A stretch of DNA of 54,536 nucleotides from a virus. Taxonomy: Duplodnaviria; Caudoviricetes. Shown one piece after another: positions 47,784 to 54,536 of the stretch. The first letter of the stretch is position 1, and every line of letters begins with the position of its first letter. The position numbers and the translations under genes were made by a program. The notes beneath the pieces are model-generated. The model did no database searches, was not told where the DNA came from, and saw only the letters and a list, made by a program, of their open reading frames with translations. The DNA is taken from positions 1 to 54,536 of IMG/VR virus record IMGVR_UViG_3300048895_000171; one strand, 5' to 3'.

Positions 47784-48020
47784 TTAGGCGAGGACTTCAG
47801 TCGCCTTGCTGTTTGCGCGGGTCTCCAGCACGATTTCCATGCCGTCAGCCACCTGCGCGGAGCTGTCCTGCTCGACGCCACCCACCAACGCCTTCACGTT
47901 GTCACCATAACCTAGGATGATCTTCGTGGAGGGGTTGTTGATGATGCTGCCAACGGTGGCCGTTGCGCCGACCGTGACTTCCGTGGTGTCGATACCGTAA
48001 CGAACGATTACTTTTTTCAT
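47784..48020 (-). CDS. ubiquitin-like (beta-grasp) protein
   Basis: 78 aa; beta-beta-alpha-beta pattern, VADGMEIVLE as in Ubl strand 5, ends ANSKA-TEVLA; next to E2/E1/JAB. Confidence 0.75.
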   Translation of the reverse strand: MKKVIVRYGIDTTEVTVGATATVGSIINNPSTKIILGYGDNVKALVGGVEQDSSAQVADGMEIVLETRANSKATEVLA

Positions 48021-48068
48021 ATTTGCTTAATTTTCTACTTGGTTCTTGTTGTTGGTTAAAGCCAGCGA

Positions 48069-48509
48069 TTACGCGCCGGTGATTTCGGACTCCGTCACCA
48101 CTTCCGGGGTGATGGCCGTGAGTTCAGCGACAAGCTTGTCGATGTTCTTCTGGGTGTTTGCCTGTTCCTCCTGCGAGGTGGCGATGCCCTGAGCGAGCCG
48201 GTCGCTGGTTTCCATCACGCGGCCCTGCTTGCCCTTCTGGAGAGCCTCGATGGCCTTGGCGATGGTCTGCTGGTTCAGGTTGGCTCCGGTCGTCGGCAGC
48301 GAGGTGCCGAGGATGGAGACATCCGTGATGTCCGGAGTCTGGAGCTTGTTCAATTCCGCCTTCAGCTCCGCCTCCGTCTTGACCAGTCCGGCCAAGTGGG
48401 TCTGGAGTCCGCTGATGCGAACGATCAGCGCGCTGGCCTTGTTGGCGGCGGCCTGCATGTTCGCGTCGTTCAGGTTCTGGATTGCCAATGTTACTACTTT
48501 GTTGCTCAT
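48069..48509 (-). CDS. coiled-coil hypothetical protein
   Basis: 146-aa heptad-rich ORF immediately upstream of Ubl. Confidence 0.7.
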   Translation of the reverse strand: MSNKVVTLAIQNLNDANMQAAANKASALIVRISGLQTHLAGLVKTEAELKAELNKLQTPDITDVSILGTSLPTTGANLNQQTIAKAIEALQKGKQGRVMETSDRLAQGIATSQEEQANTQKNIDKLVAELTAITPEVVTESEITGA

Positions 48510-48536
48510 ATGTTTTACTTTCTTGGTTGTCTAACT

Positions 48537-48620
48537 GGCTTCTAGTTCAGCATTGCCCTGCTGGGAACGCACCACACGATGCGCTCCCTTCAAGGGACAG
48601 ACAAACGGGTCTGTCAGCCG
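48537..48620 (-). ncRNA. structured intergenic RNA element
   Basis: GACAGAC/GTCTGTC and GGGAGCGCATC/GGTGCGTTCCC hairpins, closable by GGCT/AGCC. Confidence 0.4.
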
Positions 48621-48626
48621 TGTATT

Positions 48627-49202
48627 CTACGCTGGTTTCTGTTCTGCGACCAGTGGAATTTCCTCAAACTCCTCATCCATCGCAGCCTTGACCACGGGCA
48701 GGAAGATGTCATGCCTCATCACCGTCTTGAACTGGGCATCGTTGAGCGAGGCCACACACTCAGCAATCTCCGACTCGGTGGCTGACTCCACATCCTTCTG
48801 CTGGACGTGCGTTCCTTCCACCCCTCCACCCGGAGACAGGAGGTATCCATGCTTCGGATTGGTCACAATATACAAGCCGTTCTTGTAGCTGTGCGAGGAG
48901 CCATCCTTCACCACCTTAACCACGCTTAGCACGTTGTATTTCGTCAGGTAGCCTCCATTTGAATTTCCAAACAAGTTTGTGAGCCGGTCATCCTTGTGAA
49001 TGATTCCCATAAACTTGCTGAAGAACGCCTGGTAGGTTTCGTTTATTCCTAATTGTGATGACAGCTCCTTGATTTTCTCCAAGTCTTTCTCACTCAGGTC
49101 GAGCTGATACTCCTTCTCCTTCTGCTTTTCCTCCTTGGGAATCGCAGCGATGCAGGCCGCAATGAGATTACGGAGGACCACCTCCTTGAATGTCACTCTC
49201 AT
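48627..49202 (-). CDS. hypothetical protein
   Basis: 191-aa ORF. Confidence 0.7.
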   Translation of the reverse strand: MRVTFKEVVLRNLIAACIAAIPKEEKQKEKEYQLDLSEKDLEKIKELSSQLGINETYQAFFSKFMGIIHKDDRLTNLFGNSNGGYLTKYNVLSVVKVVKDGSSHSYKNGLYIVTNPKHGYLLSPGGGVEGTHVQQKDVESATESEIAECVASLNDAQFKTVMRHDIFLPVVKAAMDEEFEEIPLVAEQKPA

Positions 49203-49672
49203 TTGTTGAAGAAGTAGGCGTGACGACCCGGCATGAGCACCAGCTCGTCCGCTTCGGTCACAACTTCACCAGACTGCTTAACGAACTTGCCGCCCACGAA
49301 GGACAGCGAGTTGAACTGGACGTTGCCGCCATTTCCGGTTGAGGTGAACTGGTCACTGGCCTTGTGCAGATACAGGTCGCCAGTGGCATAGCCGACATTG
49401 ACCACAGTTGGCCCGCCGCAGCCGCCGCCCTCGCTCTTTTGCTCGGCCGAGAACTTCACGTTCTTCATGATCGCCATGTCGAAGTGCTGTGTCGGCTTCT
49501 TGGTTTGCTTGTCCACGACAGCCCATTTTCCGGCGTTCGCATCGTAGCGCGTGATGGCTCCCTTGATGGGAAGCGGATTGTATTTCTGCATGAGTTTCCG
49601 CAGAGCGGAGACCTCTATTGGTTTTGGTGGAACGTATCCACATACTGCTACTTGTCTTGTTTGTGTTTGCAT
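49199..49672 (-). CDS. hypothetical protein
   Basis: 157-aa ORF with AAAAACATATG start. Confidence 0.7.
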   Translation of the reverse strand: MQTQTRQVAVCGYVPPKPIEVSALRKLMQKYNPLPIKGAITRYDANAGKWAVVDKQTKKPTQHFDMAIMKNVKFSAEQKSEGGGCGGPTVVNVGYATGDLYLHKASDQFTSTGNGGNVQFNSLSFVGGKFVKQSGEVVTEADELVLMPGRHAYFFNK

Positions 49673-49682
49673 ATGTTTTTAA

Positions 49683-50402
49683 TCAGCGGTTGGTTGAACC
49701 ATCGCTTGCTGAAGGCGGTGGAGATTGTTTCCTATGTGGCAGGTTGTCGGCGAGGGTGAGGGCGGCATGGCCATTTAAGTTATCATTACACGCATTGCAA
49801 TTTTGATGTTCTTGATTATGCCAGCTAAGCCAGTTGTCTCTTTTCAGCATTGCATCCAATGCCTTCACCAACTCATTCACCGCGCTACGAAGCTGGGTGA
49901 GTTCGGATTCTAGTTTGATAACTTCATTTTTAGTATCTTGATGCAACTCTTTTTCTTCTTCAAAAGCCATTTGATACGAATGAGAACCAAGATATTCAAA
50001 GGGAGCGAAAGCCTGCCCAGAAGTGGCAGGACTTGATTTCTCCTGAACAGTCTCACGATTAGTTCTATCTTGGTTCTCAAATTTAAGTTTCTCAAACGCC
50101 TCATCCCTCTCCTTCAACGCTTGGGTGATCTCTTGTTCCATTTTGTAGATGTCGCAGATTTCTGCGTGCCCATCTGGGATTTCTCTACCGCACACCTTGC
50201 AGGCACCCCATTCATCAATCCAGTCTCCGTCGCGCTTGGGCTGCTCCACTTTCAACTGGAGATTGGCCGTGTGTTCCTCTATTGCCTTCTTAATTATTCT
50301 GCTCCATGAAGCAATCTTTTCAGGCTTCTTACGCTCAGGAAACTCGCCCTCAGCGTCGAAGATGTCACCAGCTAATTTCTCGGCAAGTTCGTCGATATTC
50401 AT
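49683..50402 (-). CDS. hypothetical mosaic protein
   Basis: Start ATG 50402; CKVC..H..C motif, coiled coil, AT-rich middle. Confidence 0.6.
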   Translation of the reverse strand: MNIDELAEKLAGDIFDAEGEFPERKKPEKIASWSRIIKKAIEEHTANLQLKVEQPKRDGDWIDEWGACKVCGREIPDGHAEICDIYKMEQEITQALKERDEAFEKLKFENQDRTNRETVQEKSSPATSGQAFAPFEYLGSHSYQMAFEEEKELHQDTKNEVIKLESELTQLRSAVNELVKALDAMLKRDNWLSWHNQEHQNCNACNDNLNGHAALTLADNLPHRKQSPPPSASDGSTNR

Positions 50403-50653
50403 TTGGCTGGCCCTCCAGTCAGGTAGCCGACGGTGATCTTTCTGTCGTTGGCGATTCGCCGCACTCGCTGGTGCAGCTTGATGAGTCCGCAGGCTGGACA
50501 GGAAAGCCCGTTGCAGCCGCATTGCTTGGATGCGCGGGCCGCTTGCAGCAGAATGAAGCCCACGTTGTTGGGAAATTGCTCCTCGATTTCTCGCATGAGC
50601 TTGGCCACCTGAAGACGAACCTCGTTCTCAGGGAATAATGCAGTTTTTGCCAT
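50399..50653 (-). CDS. hypothetical protein with Cys cluster
   Basis: MAKTALFPE..CGCNGLSCPAC. Confidence 0.6.
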   Translation of the reverse strand: MAKTALFPENEVRLQVAKLMREIEEQFPNNVGFILLQAARASKQCGCNGLSCPACGLIKLHQRVRRIANDRKITVGYLTGGPAK

Positions 50654-50668
50654 GATTTTATTTGTGAT

Positions 50669-50856
50669 TGGTGAGCGCGGCAGGATTTGAACCTTGCGTG
50701 TTTCTGTCTCGTTTCCCCGTGTTCGCCCAACCTGAACGATAATTGATTGGGCGTGGCACGGAGACTGACACCACCGCACCTACAAAGCAGGTGTTCTCGG
50801 ATATGTTCAGTCTGGTTGCCACTGTCAGGGTGCGTATGCCACTCCGCCACGCGCTC
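50669..50856 (-). ncRNA. tRNA-like RNA 1 (188 nt) with large insert in place of the anticodon arm
   Basis: GAGCGCG/CGCGCTC acceptor, A-CCA end, D arm GCGGAGTGGCATACGC, T arm GCAAGG-TTCAAAT-CCTGC. Confidence 0.75.
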
Positions 50857-50864
50857 AAATTGTT

Positions 50865-51152
50865 TTAGTTTGACCGAGCCTTGCCTTCGATGTTGGCAAT
50901 CGCTTCTCCGGCGGTGATTGGCGCAGTGATTGAGTCCTTCACTTTGAACGGGCCTTTTTCAATCCGGCACGCCCGGAACCGGGCACCAGACTTGAATTGC
51001 TCGTTGATTACTGTGGCGGCCGCGCGGGCGTAGAACTCCTCCTTGTATCGCAGCGGGCCATCGTCGTCACCCATCCATGATTTGTCCTCCGTGTCGAACA
51101 CGCCGAACTTGCCACCGGGTGAGGTGGCTTTGTTTACTGGGATTGGTTTCAT
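50865..51152 (-). CDS. hypothetical protein
   Basis: 95-aa ORF between the two tRNA-like RNAs. Confidence 0.65.
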   Translation of the reverse strand: MKPIPVNKATSPGGKFGVFDTEDKSWMGDDDGPLRYKEEFYARAAATVINEQFKSGARFRACRIEKGPFKVKDSITAPITAGEAIANIEGKARSN

Positions 51153-51155
51153 AAT

Positions 51156-51380
51156 TTATTCTTTCACTTTCGGTCCGTAAGGTTTGATGATTAGGGCGAT
51201 GAGGGACCACTCGATTGCCTTCTCGTTATGCTCCATTGCCATCATAATGGCGTTGACTGCGACATAGGCGAAGCAGACCAGTTGGAACCAGCCCATTGCC
51301 CAGGTGAGCCAACTGATGACGAACTGCTTGTGCTTCTCACGGTCGCGCCAGAGGATATGGCGTTTGTTGAATGATTTCAT
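51156..51380 (-). CDS. small membrane protein
   Basis: MKSFNKRH.. with hydrophobic helices; start ATG 51380. Confidence 0.55.
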   Translation of the reverse strand: MKSFNKRHILWRDREKHKQFVISWLTWAMGWFQLVCFAYVAVNAIMMAMEHNEKAIEWSLIALIIKPYGPKVKE

Positions 51381-51390
51381 TGGCAAGAGA

Positions 51391-51536
51391 TGGGCGCGGC
51401 AGGATTCGAACCTGCAATGAAGTCTGAGGCAACCACGCTGCTGATGATGCGACTCATCCGGCAGCCACGTCGGCATTCGCGCCCCGACAGGCACATGTCC
51501 TCATCTGCGTGCGTTATCCAGTTCCGCCACGCGCCC
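51391..51536 (-). ncRNA. tRNA-like RNA 2 (146 nt) with large insert in place of the anticodon arm
   Basis: GGGCGCG/CGCGCCC acceptor, discriminator A, D arm GCGGAACTGGATAACGC, perfect T arm GCAGG-TTCGAAT-CCTGC. Confidence 0.75.
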
Positions 51537-51544
51537 AAATTTGT

Positions 51545-51982
51545 TTAGTTCCGCGAAACGTCCTCCGGCGGCTCGACGGGCATTTCAGCCGTGAACGTCA
51601 TTGTTTTATCACCGGACTCCTTTCCTTCGAGCTGGCGAATCTTGATGAGCATGGACAGCGACACGATTGTCGATGCCAGTTCGGGGATTTTCCTGACCTT
51701 CATCACGCTAATTATTGAGGCGAGAAGGCCTTTTAGCGCAACCACCGGCAGTCTGCGCATGGTTTCGGGACTTATCAAGACCCATTCCTCCGCGATGGAT
51801 GGAATGAACTCCAATGGCGCTCCGCAGTAGTGGCAGATGGTCACGTTCCCGCTTTTAATGAACTTCTCGGTGGTTTTGATGATCTGCTCGTCGGTCATGC
51901 TCGGCATGATGTCGAACTCATTGTCACAGAACGGACACTCCACGTTCCGCAGTTTTTTGACGTCAATCATAAGTGCCTCCAC
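51545..51982 (-). CDS. zinc-finger hypothetical protein
   Basis: CPFC..CHYC. Confidence 0.65.
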   Translation of the reverse strand: MEALMIDVKKLRNVECPFCDNEFDIMPSMTDEQIIKTTEKFIKSGNVTICHYCGAPLEFIPSIAEEWVLISPETMRRLPVVALKGLLASIISVMKVRKIPELASTIVSLSMLIKIRQLEGKESGDKTMTFTAEMPVEPPEDVSRN

Positions 51983-52172
51983 GGATTGACTCGACTGCCG
52001 AGCGATGGTGAAACGGAGCTGGTTTCTCGTTCGTCACCACAACGACCGGAGTCTCGCCCTTGCCGTTGCAGTTGAGGCATTTCTTCCGGTTGCGCTTGTT
52101 GGTGATGTGACGGTGCTTGACGAACCCCTGTCCCGCGCAGGCCGGGCAGGTGGATTGAATGGTTTTGGTCAT
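51963..52172 (-). CDS. small DnaJ-type zinc-finger protein
   Basis: CPACAGQG..CLNCNGKG. Confidence 0.6.
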   Translation of the reverse strand: MTKTIQSTCPACAGQGFVKHRHITNKRNRKKCLNCNGKGETPVVVVTNEKPAPFHHRSAVESIRGGTYD

Positions 52173-52351
52173 ATTTCAAGTTTGGTTGCCATGATGGTGG
52201 TTCCGGCGATGCCGTGCTGGTGCAGTTCGAGTGAATAGCCTGCTTCCTTGAAAGCATCTTCGAGTTTTGCTCCAATGTTGTGTTCCCCGAAGTGAATGGT
52301 TTCTGGGGTTGATTCAACCATCTCTTTGATGGCTTCAGACAATTTGCTCAT
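52169..52351 (-). CDS. hypothetical protein
   Basis: 60-aa ORF, ATGA overlap. Confidence 0.55.
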   Translation of the reverse strand: MSKLSEAIKEMVESTPETIHFGEHNIGAKLEDAFKEAGYSLELHQHGIAGTTIMATKLEI

Positions 52352-52407
52352 AAAAAATAAGTGAGCTTGGACTTAGTTACTCCGTCCTTGCTCTGTGTTG
52401 TGTTGTC

Positions 52408-52953
52408 TCAGGCCTCCACCGTTTCGGCGGCCTGCGCATCAATCGCCGTGGCACCGCGCGCCAGCGATTCCGCTTCTTCCAGCGCCGCAGTCTGCTCATC
52501 CTCGCTCAGACGAGCAAGGGCTTTGACGAGCTGTTCACGGGTCACTTCAAACGCCTTCGGCGGCAGTTTGGTCTCCAGCGCGAACGCGGCGCGCTGTTTG
52601 CCGGACTTGGCCTGGCTTACGCCCATGGCCGAGAACGTCCAGTTTTCGTCCGCCATCAGCCGCGCCACCTCGCCGGCCATCATTTTCTTTCCGGCGGCCT
52701 TCATGCGGTCGATTTCCGCGTCAATCAGGTGCGCGTTGTCCTTGTTCGGACGGCCCAGACCGAGGCGTTCGGCCACGATTTTACGGGTTTCCAACACGAG
52801 CTTGACCTGCACCTTGTCTTCGCCCGCGACCGCCGGGATTGCACCGGCCACTTGGATGTCCGCGCCGTTCTTTTTGCCGACCAGATGCAGACCGGCCAGC
52901 AGTTCAGGCTGTGTCCCGAACAATGCCACTTGTTTGCTTGTTTGCTGTTTCAT
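52408..52953 (-). CDS. hypothetical protein (possible in-frame Zn-finger extension to 53082)
   Basis: AAAAACATATG start at 52953; upstream in-frame CEIC..CSKH. Confidence 0.65.
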   Translation of the reverse strand: MKQQTSKQVALFGTQPELLAGLHLVGKKNGADIQVAGAIPAVAGEDKVQVKLVLETRKIVAERLGLGRPNKDNAHLIDAEIDRMKAAGKKMMAGEVARLMADENWTFSAMGVSQAKSGKQRAAFALETKLPPKAFEVTREQLVKALARLSEDEQTAALEEAESLARGATAIDAQAAETVEA

Positions 52954-53331
52954 ATGTTTTTCACTGAGTTCGTGAGCGTGATTGCCCACGGAAGCAGGTT
53001 TCAGGTGCTTCGAGCACAGGTCAAAGCCGACCGTGCTCGGAACATCCGAACGACATATTTCACAGACCATTGTTCTCATCATACAGACCTGCCATCACAA
53101 GGAACTGGAACGGATACCATTTGGCCATCCAATCCGCTTGTGCATCGGTCAGCTTGAACCCTTGCGGCGGCTCGACTTGGCGAACCCGCTTGGCTCGTTT
53201 CGCAGGCGCGCGCCGGGCATCGCCCAGCATCATGCTGTTCTGTATCACGTAATGTTTCACTGTGTTTCCTTTGGTTATGCGAGCAGCATTACTCGCGCTC
53301 GCCGCACCCCGAAGGATGCAGCGACCGCGAA

Positions 53332-53586
53332 TCACGCGAACTTGTCTTCAATCGGCATCGGATTCACCGCTTTGGTAGCGAACAGACGCACAGCGACCGT
53401 GCCCGATGCGTGGACATGCTCGCCGGAATCCTTGTTCTGGTAGAAGCCGAGCGTGATGCGTTTCACGGGAAACCCCATCCGTTCAGCTTGGTTCATCACG
53501 TCCTCGACTGCTTCGTGGGCAGCGGAACGGCGTTTCATCTGTTCGCCCGCGTTGGCAGCCAAGCGGGAACCATTCATTGTATTCAT
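53332..53586 (-). CDS. hypothetical protein, first of the leftward arm
   Basis: ~84-aa ORF; start uncertain. Confidence 0.5.
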   Translation of the reverse strand: MNTMNGSRLAANAGEQMKRRSAAHEAVEDVMNQAERMGFPVKRITLGFYQNKDSGEHVHASGTVAVRLFATKAVNPMPIEDKFA

Positions 53587-53698
53587 TGTGACATTTGGCA
53601 GCACCGCTTACTGGGCGGAACCGCCTCCTTCCACCTATAAGGCAGGTGATACTGGGGAATAAACTTTCCAAGTTCGTGACCGCCCGCGCAGACACGAT

Positions 53699-53727
53699 TT
53701 GACACGCTACGCCAGATGCTACACATT
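53699..53727 (+). promoter_or_regulatory. sigma70-like promoter giving a leaderless start
   Basis: TTGACA-17-CACATT, 7 nt before ATG 53735. Confidence 0.5.
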
Positions 53728-53734
53728 GCCGCAC

Positions 53735-54001
53735 ATGGCTAAGTATCAATCAGCACCGTATCGCAACGCTTGCACTCTGGGAAATCACCTGATGACATTG
53801 ATACTTGCGTGCAAGGAGCCGTGCAAGGAAGCAGCACTCATCATGCGTGAGTGGCGCGAGCTTGAGCAGATGAAGCGCGAGTGGCGCGGCATGGCGAGGT
53901 TGTCGCCCGTGAGCATGAGAGAGGCGCTGGCCGCGAAGCGCGAAGCCCAACGAACCATAGACGTTACATCGTCCGCTCCCGCGTTCACCGAACCAGACTG
54001 A
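53735..54001 (+). CDS. hypothetical protein (weak small terminase candidate)
   Basis: Lone + strand 88-aa helical gene next to the long non-coding region. Confidence 0.55.
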   Translation: MAKYQSAPYRNACTLGNHLMTLILACKEPCKEAALIMREWRELEQMKREWRGMARLSPVSMREALAAKREAQRTIDVTSSAPAFTEPD

Positions 54002-54409
54002 CAAAGGAATCTCTTTTTTCCCAGACCCGTCACCGCACCGCCACCCCGATGCCCCCCATCGACGGGCGGTTGTCTTTATGAAAAGAGCTCTCACAACGGG
54101 AATGGACTTTCCACAAGTTTCGGGTAGGGTATGACCGTCCATTGAGCTAACAGGCTCCGCATACCAGCCCGTTGACCCCGCCAACCAGAGCGATCTGGAA
54201 AAGGTCAGCGGGTTGTTTCGTTGAGACGGGTCAGGTCAGACCGGTCACGGATGAGTCAGGCAGCTTCTGCGGGTTCGAAGACTTGTGTTTCGCCGATGTC
54301 CCCTGTCGGGCAGCGAGGAATGCAACTGCGACGTGCGTGTGACGAAATAACTGCGGGGGGTTATAGGGGGCGCGGGTATTTCTTGTCGAGCTTTATTTTT
54401 CACCAGGGG

Positions 54410-54536
54410 GACGGTTTGGGGGAAGAATCTTCTGATTCACCTGATATTCGAAATTTGAGTATAACAAATCGGTATAGTCAGCCCTGACCCTGGTTTCGGT
54501 CTGAGTATAACTAAAAAGCATAAGCCCTACTGGAAT
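54410..54536. repeat. 127-bp terminal direct repeat, copy 2
   Basis: Identical to 1-127. Confidence 0.95.

Noticed and set aside
50669-51536. Canonical tRNA-Leu genes, tmRNA or group I intron-containing tRNAs
   Set aside because: No anticodon stem-loop, no G3-U70 pair, and inserts too short and lacking recognisable group I core elements
52355-52395. Hairpin GAGC-GGAC..GTCC-GCTC as an ncRNA or terminator
   Set aside because: Short interrupted stem with a separated U-tract; too weak to call
54410-54536. Biological direct terminal repeat
   Set aside because: Exactly 127 bp, equal to a common assembler k-mer, and it cuts through the end of the GIY-YIG gene; better explained as circular overlap
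1-54536. Stop-codon reassignment or an integrase-based lysogeny module
   Set aside because: Genes tile densely under the standard code with all three stops used; no integrase motif recognised

Overview
The window is an apparently complete, circularly assembled dsDNA tailed-phage genome of about 54,409 bp. Bases 1-127 repeat exactly at 54410-54536, most likely as an assembler overlap. It has two main arms. The + strand arm (~2-34.5 kb) carries glycosyltransferase/methyltransferase genes, a probable portal, a zincin-like/ATP-grasp pair, scaffold, major capsid, a membrane/lipoprotein cassette, podovirus-like tail and ejection genes and a 2394-aa protein; the terminase large subunit sits inverted in the middle of it. 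The - strand arm (~34.4-53.6 kb) carries primase, RusA-like resolvase, MazG-like pyrophosphatase, SF2 helicase, ParB-like protein, PD-(D/E)xK nuclease and RecT. I recognised no integrase, DNA polymerase or endolysin. Three things stand out: (1) a complete phage-encoded ubiquitin-like cassette (Ubl, E2-like, ThiF/E1, JAB peptidase) whose Ubl lacks a C-terminal Gly; (2) two tRNA-scaffold RNAs (188 and 146 nt) with intact, covarying acceptor/D/T arms but a large structured insert in place of the anticodon arm; (3) further structured intergenic RNAs on the same strand. All calls come from reading motifs by eye; no searches or folding programs were run. A Verrucomicrobiota-like host is only an inference.
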